Shown here: in pieces, positions 9,284 to 20,113 of the stretch
Position numbering within the stretch: position 1 is the first letter of the stretch
Layout of the letters: the number at the start of each line of letters is the position of its first letter
Assembly (NCBI GenBank): GCA_965222155.1
Contig: CBDCTH010000012.1
Coordinates: 2,784,001 to 2,848,000 of the forward strand
DNA length: 64,000 nucleotides
Reading direction: 5' to 3'
Source of the DNA: Gammaproteobacteria bacterium
GTDB lineage: Bacteria; Pseudomonadota; Gammaproteobacteria; Eutrophobiales; Eutrophobiaceae
The notes under the pieces: generated by a model
What the model was told of the DNA's origin: nothing
The model's database searches: none
Seen by the model: the letters and a program-made list of their open reading frames with translations, nothing else
Made by a program: the position numbers and the translations under genes

Positions 9284-10033
9284 ATGAAAATTCTGATTCC
9301 GATAAAACGTGTCATCGATTACAATGTCCGTATCCGGGTGAAAAAAGACGGCACCGGCGTTGAAACGGCTAATGTCAAGATGTCCATGAATCCGTTCTGT
9401 GAAATTGCAGTGGAAGAGGCAGTGCGGATAACGGAAGCCGGCAACGCGGATGAGATCATTGTCGTTACTATCGGCGGCAAACAGTGCCAGGATATCCTGC
9501 GCACCGCGCTGGCAATGGGCGCCGACCGGGCCATATTGATCGAGACGGACGTGGCGGTGCAACCGCTGGCCATAGCGAAACTGCTGAAAGCGACAGTCGA
9601 ACGGGAGGAGCCGGGACTCATCATCACCGGGAAACAGGCCATTGACGACGATAACAACCAGACCGGACAGATGCTGTCAGCCCTGCTCGGCTGGCCCCAG
9701 GCCACGTTCGCATCGAATATTGAATTTACCGACGCCGGTTTAAATGTTACCCGGGAAGTGGATGGCGGCCTCGAGACAATCGCCATAAAGCTGCCCGCCG
9801 TTGTCACCACCGACCTGCGTTTAAATGAGCCGCGCTACGTCAAACTGCCCAATATCATGAAAGCCAAGAAAAAGCCGCTCGACGTGATAACCCCGGCTGA
9901 CCTGGGCATTGACGTTACCCCGAGCATAGATATCCTCAACGTGGTTGAGCCGCCGGGCCGATCGGCCGGTGTAAAGGTGGCCGATGTACACGAACTGGTT
10001 GATAAACTGCGTAATGAAGCAAAGGTGATCTGA
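9284..10033 (+). CDS. etfB: Electron transfer flavoprotein beta subunit
   Basis: [42 protein letters not shown]. Confidence 0.97.
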   Translation: MKILIPIKRVIDYNVRIRVKKDGTGVETANVKMSMNPFCEIAVEEAVRITEAGNADEIIVVTIGGKQCQDILRTALAMGADRAILIETDVAVQPLAIAKLLKATVEREEPGLIITGKQAIDDDNNQTGQMLSALLGWPQATFASNIEFTDAGLNVTREVDGGLETIAIKLPAVVTTDLRLNEPRYVKLPNIMKAKKKPLDVITPADLGIDVTPSIDILNVVEPPGRSAGVKVADVHELVDKLRNEAKVI

Positions 10034-10034
10034 C

Positions 10035-10976
10035 ATGAGTATCCTGGTTATCGCGGAACACGACAATAACGCCATCAAACCGTCCACGCTGAATACCGTC
10101 GGCGCAGCCGTACAGTTGGGCGGGGATGTGACACTGCTTGTCGCCGGCAACGACAGTGAATCGGTCGCAGAGGCCGGCGCAAAGCTCGCGGGTATAAGCA
10201 AGGTATTACATGCCGAGGCCGCGCACTATGAGCACGCGCTGGCCGAAGAGCTGGCGCCGCTGGTTGTTGCCTGCAGCGCAGGCGTAAGCCATATCCTGGC
10301 GCCGGCCAGTACTTTTGGTAAAAACCTGATGCCGCGGGTAGCGGCACTGCTTGACGTGGGTATGGTTGCGGACATTGTCAGGATTGAATCCGCCGATACG
10401 TTTGTGCGCCCGATTTATGCCGGCAACGCCCTTGCCACGGTCCGCAGCAATGACGCCATCAAGGTCATCAGCGTCCGCATGACAAATTTTGACGCAGTCG
10501 CCGCCGAGGGTGGAACAGCCGTTATCGAATCAGTCAGTATTTCTACTCCTGCCGGTCTTTCCGCTTTTGTCGGTCAGGAAAGTGTCGAATCGGAACGGCC
10601 TGAACTCACCAGCGCAAGCATTGTCATCTCCGGTGGCCGCGGTTTCGGCAGCGGTGAAAATTTCAAGCTGCTGGATGATATAGCAGACAAACTGGGCGCG
10701 GCCATCGGCGCCTCCCGGGCTGCGGTAGATGCCGGTTATGTCCCCAATGACTACCAGGTAGGCCAGACCGGCAAGATCGTCGCTCCTGACCTGTATATCG
10801 CCGTGGGAATATCCGGCGCCATACAACACTTGGCCGGGATGAAAGAAAGTAAAGTGATCGTTGCCATCAACAAGGATGAGGAAGCTCCCATCTTTGAGGT
10901 AGCCGATTACGGTTTGGTCGCGGATTTGTTCCAGGCCCTGCCGGAATTTTCCGCCGCGCTGGACAACCTCGATTAG
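10035..10976 (+). CDS. etfA: Electron transfer flavoprotein alpha subunit
   Basis: [35 protein letters not shown]. Confidence 0.97.
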   Translation: MSILVIAEHDNNAIKPSTLNTVGAAVQLGGDVTLLVAGNDSESVAEAGAKLAGISKVLHAEAAHYEHALAEELAPLVVACSAGVSHILAPASTFGKNLMPRVAALLDVGMVADIVRIESADTFVRPIYAGNALATVRSNDAIKVISVRMTNFDAVAAEGGTAVIESVSISTPAGLSAFVGQESVESERPELTSASIVISGGRGFGSGENFKLLDDIADKLGAAIGASRAAVDAGYVPNDYQVGQTGKIVAPDLYIAVGISGAIQHLAGMKESKVIVAINKDEEAPIFEVADYGLVADLFQALPEFSAALDNLD

Positions 10977-11013
10977 TCGATAACATAAACCGGGCCTGAG
11001 CAAGCCCGGGTTA

Positions 11014-11898
11014 ATGATTGCAATGGAACGTCAACACCATCCCTACCTGGCGGCAGTCTACATGTTCATGGCGACGATTTTTTTCTGCGTGGCCGACGTA
11101 ATGGGGAAGTGGTTGACGGAAGTCTACGCGGTGATACAGGTGACCTGGCTGAGACACGTCGTCGGTATAATCGTCGTGTTCAGCATCATTGTTGCTACGT
11201 CAAACCTGGGAAAACTGAAAACCAAGCGACCGATATGGCATGGTTTGCGGAGCCTGGCCAGTGCTATTATGGTACTGTCCATTTTTTATGGCCTGAAGAA
11301 CATTCCGCTGGCTGAATTTGTATCCTTGACGTTTTCAATCCCTTTCTTCGTTGCCCTGCTTTCCCCCTGGTTGTTAAAGGAAAAAGTCACGCAACAGTCC
11401 TGGGTCGCTATCACGGTCGGTTTTGTCGGCGTCCTGTTTATATTGAGACCGACCCCCGACCATTTTCATTTTGCCCACTTGACGAGCCTGACGTTAGCGT
11501 TCCTGGCCAGCCTGGTGCTTATGAGCGCAAGGTATTTATCCACGACTGAGAACAGGTGGTCACTCAATTTTTACCTGCCTGTTGCCGGCATCATCCTGTT
11601 TGGCTACTGGGCATTAAGTTACTGGGTTAACCCGACAACGACGCACTGGCTGATGTTTGCTACCCTGGGGGTATCACAGACGGCCGCGCTGGCTTGTTAT
11701 ATAGAAGCCTTACGTTTGGCGCGCCCGTCAGTTATTGCGCCGCTGGACTATATACGCCTGATCTGGACGCTCATCGTCGGCTACGTCATCTGGCAGGAAA
11801 TTCCGGATCAATATACCTGGATTGGGATCATCATCATCGTTGCCAGCGGTATCTACATCGTGAGCCACGGCTACGTGAGTAAAACGGAACATCTGTAA
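11014..11898 (+). CDS. DMT/EamA family transporter
   Basis: About 10 TM helices; LLKEKV and APLDY...GYVIWQEIP patterns. Confidence 0.88.
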   Translation: MIAMERQHHPYLAAVYMFMATIFFCVADVMGKWLTEVYAVIQVTWLRHVVGIIVVFSIIVATSNLGKLKTKRPIWHGLRSLASAIMVLSIFYGLKNIPLAEFVSLTFSIPFFVALLSPWLLKEKVTQQSWVAITVGFVGVLFILRPTPDHFHFAHLTSLTLAFLASLVLMSARYLSTTENRWSLNFYLPVAGIILFGYWALSYWVNPTTTHWLMFATLGVSQTAALACYIEALRLARPSVIAPLDYIRLIWTLIVGYVIWQEIPDQYTWIGIIIIVASGIYIVSHGYVSKTEHL

Positions 11899-11905
11899 TT
11901 CACCC

Positions 11906-12637
11906 GTGGTAATTACTGACCGGCGTAATATTGATGTCTGTGGTATTGCCGTTGAAGTAGTGCGGAAGAATATCAAGAATCTCTATGTGGGTGTTTACCC
12001 GCCGAATGGCCGGGTGCGGGTGAGCGCGCCGTTGAGAATCGATAAAGATGCGGTTCGGATGGCTGTCATCTCTCGCCTGGGATGGATTCGCCGGAAACAG
12101 GAAGAATTCATACGTCAGGAGCGCCAGTCTCAACGGGAGTTTATTACCGGCGAGAGGCATTACTTCGAGGGAAGACCCTATAGATTGGATGTAATCGAGC
12201 AAAACGCCCCTCCTGTTGTTCGACTGCTCGACAATTCCACAATAGTGTTAGGTGTTCGTCGAGGCGCTGATCGCAACAGGCGGGCGGATGTGTTTCAGTG
12301 CTGGTATCGCGATCAGCTCCGCGAACGCTTGCCCGCAGTTGTCGATAAATGGGAACAGAAGATCGGGGTACGGGTAAGCGAAGTTCGCATCAGGAAGATG
12401 AAGACCCGCTGGGGCACGTGCAACCGGCGCGCCCGACGCATCTGGCTGAATCTTGAACTCATGAAGAAACCCGCGTCCTGTCTCGAATACGTTGTTGTGC
12501 ATGAACTGGTCCACTTAATCGAGCGCAGACACAATAATCGGTTTCGCGACCTGATGGACAAACACATGCCCCAGTGGCGCGAACACCGGGATGAGCTTAA
12601 CCGCGCAGCGCTCGTTCACGCAAACCGGGATTATTGA
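11906..12637 (+). CDS. YgjP/DUF45 (SprT/M48-like) metal-dependent hydrolase
   Basis: RKMKTRWGTC and EYVVVHELVHLIERRHN (HExxH); this family often trails type I R-M loci. Confidence 0.88.
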   Translation: MVITDRRNIDVCGIAVEVVRKNIKNLYVGVYPPNGRVRVSAPLRIDKDAVRMAVISRLGWIRRKQEEFIRQERQSQREFITGERHYFEGRPYRLDVIEQNAPPVVRLLDNSTIVLGVRRGADRNRRADVFQCWYRDQLRERLPAVVDKWEQKIGVRVSEVRIRKMKTRWGTCNRRARRIWLNLELMKKPASCLEYVVVHELVHLIERRHNNRFRDLMDKHMPQWREHRDELNRAALVHANRDY

Positions 12638-12807
12638 CAGTAGCCCGGACCAATATATCTGGATAAGGATCATTATCGCTGGCGGCGTCCACATCGTGCG
12701 CTACGGCTACGAAAGCAAAATGGAACACCTTTAAGCCCTCCGGCCAGATTGCTTATTCCGTAAAGAAGATAAAATCAGATTATGACCTCAGAAAATGCGT
12801 AAATTGC

Positions 12808-12849
12808 TTGAAAAATATTCTCTTTAGGCTATATTCCCTTAATGGAATA
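12808..12849 (+). promoter_or_regulatory. Putative sigma70 promoter and operator of the higBA-like operon
   Basis: TTGAAA-16 nt-TATATT ends 6 nt before the ATG. Inverted repeat TATTCC-N6-GGAATA overlaps the start codon. Confidence 0.45.
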
Positions 12850-13195
12850 TGAGGTCGAATATACGGACGAATTCGAGGAGTGGTGGATTACGCTGGATGA
12901 GAACGTGCAGGTTTCTATTGATGCAAAAGTCAGGCTGTTAGAAGCAAGAGGCCCCAATCTACCTTTCCCCCACTCAGCCGGGATTAAAAATTCACGGTAT
13001 TCTCATATGCGGGAGTTGAGAATTCAGCACAAAGGCGACCCTTACAGAGTACTTTATGCATTCGCTCCGAGGCGTGTTGCAATACTTCTTATCGGAGGGA
13101 GTAAAGTCGGGAAAGATGATTGGTATGAAAAGTACCTGCCGTCCACCGATAATTTATATGATGAACATTTACAAGAAATAACAGGTAAAACATAA
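12842..13195 (+). CDS. RelE/ParE-superfamily toxin (HigB/Gp49-like)
   Basis: GPNLPFPHS...MRELRIQHKGDPYRVLYAF...LLIGGSK; toxin-first gene order. Confidence 0.88.
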   Translation: MEYEVEYTDEFEEWWITLDENVQVSIDAKVRLLEARGPNLPFPHSAGIKNSRYSHMRELRIQHKGDPYRVLYAFAPRRVAILLIGGSKVGKDDWYEKYLPSTDNLYDEHLQEITGKT

Positions 13196-13196
13196 C

Positions 13197-13508
13197 ATGG
13201 CTAAGAAATTTTCTGAATTGCGGGCGAAAATGAATCCTGCAGCGCTTGAGAAAGCAGCCGGGCTGAGTCAAATAATGCTGAAAGAAATGCCGCTTCAAGA
13301 GTTACGCCAGGCACGCGCCTTGTCCCAGGAACAATTGGCCAGGACATTAGGAATAAAACAAGCCAGTGTTTCAAAGCTGGAGCGTCGAACGGATATGTAT
13401 ATACAGACCCTGCGAAACTATATTGAGGCTATGGGAGGGCAACTGGAGGTCATAGCCAGTTTCCCCGGCGGCAAAGTTAAAATAAACCAGTTTAAAGAGG
13501 TAAGTTAA
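13197..13508 (+). CDS. XRE-family HTH antitoxin (HigA-like)
   Basis: LRQARALSQEQLARTLGIKQASVSKLERRTDMY...YIEAMGG. Confidence 0.9.
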   Translation: MAKKFSELRAKMNPAALEKAAGLSQIMLKEMPLQELRQARALSQEQLARTLGIKQASVSKLERRTDMYIQTLRNYIEAMGGQLEVIASFPGGKVKINQFKEVS

Positions 13509-13642
13509 GCGGCGGATACCCGTTTTTTTATCATAACGACTCCGGGAAAGGCAGAGTCACAACCATAATCAAAGCCAGAGTCAAAGATAATTTTACCCTC
13601 GAAACTACCCCCTAAGCCGGCCCCGAAGTTTGGTCCTATTAA

Positions 13643-13881
13643 CCCGGATTTCTCACCAGGTGATACGATGATTGCACTGGATTTTTTGTGTTAGTGGGTG
13701 CCTGCGACCGAAAGCATAGCCGTAGCTGCGGTTGAGGAAGCACGTGCCCACTGGCGCAAAAAAGACAAGCAATGGCGTATCAAGCGCAGTCTGTCATGTC
13801 GATATAGTGAAAAGGTTTCCATCATGCATTGACAGCAAACATGTTTCCGATAGCAACAAGCGGCCTGGTGAGAAATCCGGG
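13643..13881. mobile_element. MITE, 239 bp, with perfect 18-bp terminal inverted repeats
   Basis: CCCGGATTTCTCACCAGG ... CCTGGTGAGAAATCCGGG, flanked by TTAA and TTAG. No ORF; long internal hairpin. Confidence 0.8.
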
Positions 13882-13891
13882 TTAGGATAAA

Positions 13892-15439
13892 TCAGATGAT
13901 GGCCTCTATCAGGTTCGGCCCCGGTTCGGCCAGGTAAGCGGCCAGTTGCCTGTTTAATTGATCTGTGGTCGTTACGCGGCAGGCGGGTACTCCCATGCCG
14001 TTTGCCAGCTTGACCCAGTCGATTTCCGGGTTGTCGATGTCCATCATGGAACGGGCTTTGGCGCCCGGCGATCCGGCGCCGACGCGCTGGTATTCGATGT
14101 TCAGGATCCGGTATTTGCGGTTGGCAAGGACAACGGTGGTCACGTCCAATGATTCCCTAGCCTGGGTCCACAGGGCTTGCAGGGTATACATACCGCTGCC
14201 GTCCGCTTGCAGGCACAGGACCTTGCGGTCAGGACAGGCCAACGCCGCGCCGGTGGCATTGGGCAGCCCCTGGCCGATGGCGCCGCCGGTCGTGAACAGC
14301 CAGTCATGGGGTTCTGTCGTGGCGGTGGCCGGTATCAGGTTCCCCCCTGAACTGATCGCTTCCTCGGCAACGACGGCATTTTCCGGCATCAGGGCGGCAA
14401 CACTCAGGCCGATGGTTTCAGGCGTTAAATCGCCCGCAGGCAGGGGCGGTTTTTTCAACGGCATCAGGACCGGGGAGACACGGCCGGCGCCAAGCTCGTC
14501 GATCACCCTGGCCAGGGCATCGACCACGTCGGCTCCGGCTCCGGCCAGGTGATGCACCTGGCAATCCGGGGGGACCAGGTAACTGGGCAGATTCGGGTAA
14601 GCAAAAAAGCTGACCGGTGGTTTTGTGCCGGCAATGATGAGATGCCGAATGCCCGTCAGCGTCTCGATAATCGCCTCGGGAAAGTACGGCAGGCGCTCGA
14701 TATTCGCCCGCCCGGCGCCGCGGGTGATGCGCGCGGTAAACGTATGGGAAAAGACCCGGGCATTTACGTGATTGCTGATCACACCGGCCAGTCCGGCGCC
14801 CTCCTCAAGCAATGCGTGATCACCCAGCAGCAGGGCAGCCGGTTCCCGCGTACGCAGCGCCTCAGCCACCTTTTTCACCGCCTCATCAGCTACTCTGGGA
14901 CGGCTGGGCACAGGGGCTTTTTGACCGGGATCGGCGGGACAAGGGTTCCAGGAACAATCCGCAGGGATGATCAGGGTGGCAACGTGTCCCGGCGGTTGCC
15001 GGGCGGCCGTGATCGCCGCCAGCGCGTCAGCCGGGATGTCCGCGGCCGTCGCGCTTTCCTTTATCCAGGCGGAAACCGGTTTGGCATAAGCGGCGACGTC
15101 CGAAGCCAGCGGTGCATCATATTGTTTGTGGCTGGTTGCATGATCCCCGACAATATTGACAATGGGCGCCCCGGCCCGCATGGCGTTATGGAAATTGGCC
15201 AGGCCGTTTCCCAGGCCGGGGCCAAGATGCAGCAGCGTTGCCGGCAGGGAGTCAGACATCCTGGAAAACCCGTCCGCGGCCCCGGATACCACGCCCTCTG
15301 CCAGACACAACACGCAACGCATGTCGGGAACCCGGTCTGCCGCCGCGACAAACTGCATCTCCGACGTACCCGGATTGGTAAAACAAGTAGTGATATCGTT
15401 GTTGACCAGTGTTCTTAACAGACTTTCCGCGCCGTTCAT
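13892..15439 (-). CDS. Thiamine-pyrophosphate enzyme, acetolactate synthase large-subunit-like
   Basis: [24 protein letters not shown] motif ADGSGMYT...N. Confidence 0.9.
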   Translation of the reverse strand: MNGAESLLRTLVNNDITTCFTNPGTSEMQFVAAADRVPDMRCVLCLAEGVVSGAADGFSRMSDSLPATLLHLGPGLGNGLANFHNAMRAGAPIVNIVGDHATSHKQYDAPLASDVAAYAKPVSAWIKESATAADIPADALAAITAARQPPGHVATLIIPADCSWNPCPADPGQKAPVPSRPRVADEAVKKVAEALRTREPAALLLGDHALLEEGAGLAGVISNHVNARVFSHTFTARITRGAGRANIERLPYFPEAIIETLTGIRHLIIAGTKPPVSFFAYPNLPSYLVPPDCQVHHLAGAGADVVDALARVIDELGAGRVSPVLMPLKKPPLPAGDLTPETIGLSVAALMPENAVVAEEAISSGGNLIPATATTEPHDWLFTTGGAIGQGLPNATGAALACPDRKVLCLQADGSGMYTLQALWTQARESLDVTTVVLANRKYRILNIEYQRVGAGSPGAKARSMMDIDNPEIDWVKLANGMGVPACRVTTTDQLNRQLAAYLAEPGPNLIEAII

Positions 15440-15590
15440 GATCCCGTTTCCTGATTATTATGAGCGGTTGACAGTATATCGCCGTCAGGGGATTAGTATG
15501 ATATATTATCGGATAGATATTTTAAGTGTGAAGGTATCCGCCTCTTTTCAGTACCAGTACAATCCAATTCAATCTATCAGGAGAATAACC

Positions 15591-17582
15591 ATAGCTTCCA
15601 GACGCCAACTTGCCAATGCAATCCGGGCAATGAGTATGGATGCGGTACAGCGCGCCAATTCGGGGCACCCCGGCGCGCCTATGGGCATGGCGGATATTGC
15701 CGAGGTGCTGTGGAACGATTTTTTCAGACATAACCCGACCAACCCCGGCTGGGTTGACCGGGACCGGTTCGTCATGTCCAACGGTCACGGTTCCATGTTG
15801 CTTTATTCCATCCTGCACCTGACCGGTTACGACCTGCCAATGGAGGAGTTGAAAAATTTCCGCCAGCTTCATTCGAAAACACCCGGCCATCCCGAATACG
15901 GTTATACCCCCGGCATAGAGACCACGACCGGGCCCCTGGGCCAGGGACTGGCCAATGCCGTGGGCATGGCCCTTGCCGAGCGCACCCTGGCCGCGCAATT
16001 CAACCGCACCCACATTGACATCGTCAACCATTACACCTATGCCTCCGTCGGCGACGGTTGCCTGATGGAGGGGATCTCCCATGAAGCCTGTTCGCTGGCG
16101 GGCACCTTGGGCCTGGGCAAACTCATCGTCATCTACGACAGCAATCAAATCTCCATAGACGGCGAGGTGAAAGGCTGGTTTACCGAAGACATCCCGCAAC
16201 GATTCAAAGCCTATAAATGGCATGTGATCCCCAACATTGACGGCCATGATCCGGAAGCCATCAGGCAAGCCGTCAGCAAAGCACGGGCAGCCTCCGATAA
16301 ACCGAGTATCTTATGCTGCAATACCATTATCGGCCTGGGCTCGCCCAACAAACAAGGCAAGGCTTCCAGCCACGGTGCCCCTCTGGGAGCGGATGAGGTT
16401 GCCCGGGTGCGGAAAAACATTGACTGGTCCTGGCCTGAGTTTGAAATTCCCGCGGAAATCTATCGCGGTTGGGACGCCCGGCAACGGGGGGCCCGGCTCG
16501 AAGCGGACTGGACAGAGAAGTTTTCCATTTATCAGAAACGATATCCGGAGGACGCCGCCGAGTTCCTGCGTCGGGTCGGGGGCGACCTGCCGGCAGACTG
16601 GCTGGATACCAGCCGGGCCTATATCGAAACCACTCAGCAGAAGGCGGAAACCATTGCCTCCCGCAAGGCGTCGCAAAACACCTTGAACGCCTACGGTCCG
16701 GTCTTGCCGGAACTGATTGGCGGCTCGGCGGACCTGACCGGCTCCAACCTCACTTTACGGCAGGATTCCACGGTGATTACCGATGCGGTTGCAGCCGGCA
16801 ATTACCTCTATTACGGTGTCAGGGAATTCGCCATGGCCGCCATCAATAATGGTCTGGCCCTGCACGGCGGGTTTGTTCCCTACGGCGGCACCTTCCTCAT
16901 CTTTACCGAATATGCCCGTAATGCCCTGCGTATGGCGGCGTTGATGAAACTGCGCAGTATTTTCGTCCTGACCCATGATTCAATCGGCCTGGGGGAAGAC
17001 GGTCCCACCCACCAGGCAGTGGAACAGGCCGCCACCTTGCGCCTGATCCCGAATATGTCGGTCTGGCGTCCCTGTGATGCGGTTGAAACCGCGTTCGCCT
17101 GGAAAACGGCCCTGGAAAACCGGGATAACCCCACCGCCCTGTTGCTGTCGCGCCAATCCTTACCCTGTATGGAAAGGACCGCAGAGCAGCTTGACGCCAT
17201 CGAGCGCGGCGCCTATATCCTGGTGGAGCCCGCAGGCGGGCCTGAGCTGATCATCATCGCCACCGGCTCGGAAGTCGCCATTGCCGCTGATGCCGCAAAG
17301 CAGTTAAACGCGGACGGCAGGCGCGTGCGCGTCGTATCCATGCCGGCAACGGACGTGTTTGACAGGCAACCCGAGCAATACCGCGAGCAGGTCCTGCCTG
17401 CTGCGTGCCGCCGGCGCATCGCCGTTGAAGCCGGCATACCCGATTACTGGCGCAAATACGTCGGGCTTGATGGTAACATACTGGGAGTCCCGACCTTCGG
17501 CGAGTCAGCCCCCGGCAGTGCCGTGTTCAACCATTTCGGCATCAACGTGGAGGGGCTGATCCGGCTGGTTCAAACACTTTAA
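15591..17582 (+). CDS. tkt: Transketolase (apparent ATA start codon)
   Basis: [62 protein letters not shown] lies 7 nt before ATA 15591. Confidence 0.95.
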   Translation: MASRRQLANAIRAMSMDAVQRANSGHPGAPMGMADIAEVLWNDFFRHNPTNPGWVDRDRFVMSNGHGSMLLYSILHLTGYDLPMEELKNFRQLHSKTPGHPEYGYTPGIETTTGPLGQGLANAVGMALAERTLAAQFNRTHIDIVNHYTYASVGDGCLMEGISHEACSLAGTLGLGKLIVIYDSNQISIDGEVKGWFTEDIPQRFKAYKWHVIPNIDGHDPEAIRQAVSKARAASDKPSILCCNTIIGLGSPNKQGKASSHGAPLGADEVARVRKNIDWSWPEFEIPAEIYRGWDARQRGARLEADWTEKFSIYQKRYPEDAAEFLRRVGGDLPADWLDTSRAYIETTQQKAETIASRKASQNTLNAYGPVLPELIGGSADLTGSNLTLRQDSTVITDAVAAGNYLYYGVREFAMAAINNGLALHGGFVPYGGTFLIFTEYARNALRMAALMKLRSIFVLTHDSIGLGEDGPTHQAVEQAATLRLIPNMSVWRPCDAVETAFAWKTALENRDNPTALLLSRQSLPCMERTAEQLDAIERGAYILVEPAGGPELIIIATGSEVAIAADAAKQLNADGRRVRVVSMPATDVFDRQPEQYREQVLPAACRRRIAVEAGIPDYWRKYVGLDGNILGVPTFGESAPGSAVFNHFGINVEGLIRLVQTL

Positions 17583-17607
17583 CCATCAATACCTGGAGCT
17601 ATACATA

Positions 17608-18621
17608 ATGACTATCAACGTAGGAATCAACGGTTACGGCAGGATCGGCAGGAATATTCTACGCGCGCTGTATGAGAGCGGCCGCACCGACGAAATCCGC
17701 ATCGTTGCAGTCAACGACCTGGGGAATGCCGAGACCAATGCCCACCTGACCCGCTACGATACCGCCCACGGCAAGTTTCCCGGAACGGTTGCAGTTGACG
17801 GCGATTACATGCTGGTCAATGGCGACCGGATACGGGTCCTGTCGGAACGGGACCCGGCAAAGCTGCCCTGGGGCGAACTGGGCGTGGACGTCGTCCATGA
17901 GTCCACCGGTTTCTTCGCCAGCAAGGAAAAAGCCGGCGCACACCTGCAGGGAGGGGCAAAAAAAGTCATTATTTCCGCGCCCGGCGGCAAGGACGTGGAT
18001 GCAACCATCGTTTACGGCGTCAACCATGGCGTCCTGAAAAAAACGGACAGCGTCATCTCCAACGCCTCATGCACGACCAACTGCCTGGCCCCGGTCGTCA
18101 AGGTGCTGCATGACCACATAGGCGTGGTAAACGGCGTCATGACCACGATCCATGCCTACACCAACGATCAGGTGCTGTCCGACGTGTATCACACCGACTT
18201 GCGGCGCGCCCGTTCCGCCACCTTGTCCATGATTCCGACGAAAACCGGCGCGGCGGCGGCTGTCGGCCTGGTCCTGCCGGAATTGAACGGCAAACTGGAC
18301 GGTTACGCGGTACGCGTGCCGACCATCAACGTTTCACTGGTAGACCTGACTTTCCAGGCAGCCCGTGATACCTCGCACGAGGAAATCAACGAGATCATGC
18401 AGGCGGCGGCAGACGGCCCCCTGAACGGCATCCTGGCCTGCAACAATGCGCCGCTGGTTTCCATCGACTTTAACCATGATCCGGCGTCGGCGACCTATGA
18501 TGCCGCATTAACCAAGGTCATTGAAGGCAAAACGGTGAAGGTCGTTGCCTGGTATGACAACGAGTGGGGATTTTCCAACCGCATGCTGGATACGACGATT
18601 GCCCTGATGAATGCTGATTAA
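17608..18621 (+). CDS. gap: Type I glyceraldehyde-3-phosphate dehydrogenase
   Basis: [31 protein letters not shown]. Confidence 0.97.
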   Translation: MTINVGINGYGRIGRNILRALYESGRTDEIRIVAVNDLGNAETNAHLTRYDTAHGKFPGTVAVDGDYMLVNGDRIRVLSERDPAKLPWGELGVDVVHESTGFFASKEKAGAHLQGGAKKVIISAPGGKDVDATIVYGVNHGVLKKTDSVISNASCTTNCLAPVVKVLHDHIGVVNGVMTTIHAYTNDQVLSDVYHTDLRRARSATLSMIPTKTGAAAAVGLVLPELNGKLDGYAVRVPTINVSLVDLTFQAARDTSHEEINEIMQAAADGPLNGILACNNAPLVSIDFNHDPASATYDAALTKVIEGKTVKVVAWYDNEWGFSNRMLDTTIALMNAD

Positions 18622-18696
18622 CATACTAACTGCCATTCCCACCAAGCATGTCCTCGAATGTTGTAATCCAGGGGCCGGAATCCCGCGCACAAGACA

Positions 18697-18792
18697 CCGT
18701 CATTCCGGCGCAAGCCGGAATCCAGTGGACAAATTATTCCTTATTACAAGGAAAGGCTATTTACTGGATTCCGGCTTGCGCCGGAATGACGG
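18697..18792. repeat. REP-like doublet (CGTCATTCCGGC..GCCGGAATCCAG family)
   Basis: Two inverted palindromic units separated by an AT-rich spacer. Related copies near 23101, 34112, 43246, 46564 and 60376. Confidence 0.85.
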
Positions 18793-18876
18793 CGGAGGCT
18801 CGGGAATGACGGCGGAGGCTCGGGAATGACGGCGGAGGCTCGGGAATGACAGCGGAGGCTCGGGAATGACAGCGGA
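18783..18876 (+). repeat. Tandem 20-bp repeat GGAATGAC(G/A)GCGGAGGCTCG, four full copies plus a partial
   Basis: Directly visible; each unit begins with the REP terminus GGAATGAC. Confidence 0.9.
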
Positions 18877-18889
18877 AACGCAATAACGG

Positions 18890-20089
18890 ATGAACCCTGA
18901 TTTCATTACTCTGGATGATCTGAATCTGACTCACAGGAAGGTCCTGATCAGGGCCGATTTCAACGTGCCGATCAACGCCGGCGTCATCCAGGATGACACG
19001 CGTATCCGGGCCTGCCTGCCCACCCTGAAGCGACTGCTTGACTCACAGGCAGCCGTGATCCTGATGTCCCACCTGGGACGCCCCAGGGAAGGACACTATG
19101 ACGACAAATACAGCCTGGCCCCGGTCGCCAGACACGTCTCTGCCTTGTTGAAACAGGATGTGTCCCTGTTACGCGCCTGGGAGGATGGGATTTCAATACG
19201 GCCCGGGGAGGTCGTGATGCTGGAAAACATCCGCTTTATGCCGGGCGAGACAAAAAACAGCGACGAGCTTGCCAGACGCCTGGCCGGCCTGTGCGACGTC
19301 TATGTAAATGACGCCTTCGCCACGGCGCACCGCGCCCAGGCTTCCACTCACGGCGTGGCGAAATATGCCCCCGTGGCCTGTGCCGGCCCCTTGCTGCTTG
19401 CTGAAATTGAGATGCTGACAAAAGCCCTGGAACAGCCCGGACACCCTATGACGGCTATCGTCGGCGGGGCAAAGGTCTCGACAAAATTGATGGCGCTGCA
19501 AAACCTGATAAAAAAAGTGGACCAGTTGATAGTCGGCGGCGGGATTGCCAACACTTTCCTGAAAGCCGCCGGATGCACTATCGGCGCCTCACTCCAGGAA
19601 CCGGATCTGGTTAACGCCGCGGCGGACATTCTCGCTTATGCCAAACAGCACAATAAGGAAGTGCCGCTGCCGGTAGACGTTGTCTGCGCCAAATCCGTGT
19701 CGGAAGATGCGCAGGCAGAGCTCAAAACCCTGGCGGAGGTTAAACCGGACGACATAATCCTGGATATAGGCCCGAAGACAATAGAGGTGAATAAACGCAT
19801 TATCCGGCGCGCCGCCACGATCCTGTGGAACGGCCCTCTGGGCGTATTCGAAATTGAACAATTCGCGGCCGGTACTGCCGCCCTGGCCCGGGCCGTCGCC
19901 GCAAATCCGGGATTATCGATTGCGGGGGGCGGAGATACCGTCTCAGCCATCACCCGGTTCGGCGTGGCGAACAGTATTTCCTGCATATCCACCGGCGGCG
20001 GCGCATTCCTGGAATTGCTGGAAGGAAAAACACTGCCTGCCGTTGCCGTTTTGCAGGATAATGACTCGCAAATCCGTTATCCGGCTTAA
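18890..20089 (+). CDS. pgk: Phosphoglycerate kinase
   Basis: RADFNVP, NDAFATAHR, GGAKVSTK, STGGGAFLE. Confidence 0.97.
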   Translation: MNPDFITLDDLNLTHRKVLIRADFNVPINAGVIQDDTRIRACLPTLKRLLDSQAAVILMSHLGRPREGHYDDKYSLAPVARHVSALLKQDVSLLRAWEDGISIRPGEVVMLENIRFMPGETKNSDELARRLAGLCDVYVNDAFATAHRAQASTHGVAKYAPVACAGPLLLAEIEMLTKALEQPGHPMTAIVGGAKVSTKLMALQNLIKKVDQLIVGGGIANTFLKAAGCTIGASLQEPDLVNAAADILAYAKQHNKEVPLPVDVVCAKSVSEDAQAELKTLAEVKPDDIILDIGPKTIEVNKRIIRRAATILWNGPLGVFEIEQFAAGTAALARAVAANPGLSIAGGGDTVSAITRFGVANSISCISTGGGAFLELLEGKTLPAVAVLQDNDSQIRYPA

Positions 20090-20113
20090 ACCGCTTAACC
20101 TGAACTGGTAACT

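Noticed and set aside
15156-15590. 145-aa N-terminal extension of transketolase in the ORF track
   Set aside because: It overlaps the divergent TPP-enzyme gene and promoter region; homology and the RBS place the start at 15591.
18611-18829. Small ORFs over repeat regions (also 46520-46810, 43224-43412, 45728-45859)
   Set aside because: They are translations of REP or 19-bp repeat sequence, not credible genes.
18783-18876. Regular repeats resembling a CRISPR array
   Set aside because: Units are head-to-tail 20-mers with no unique spacers, and no cas genes are nearby.
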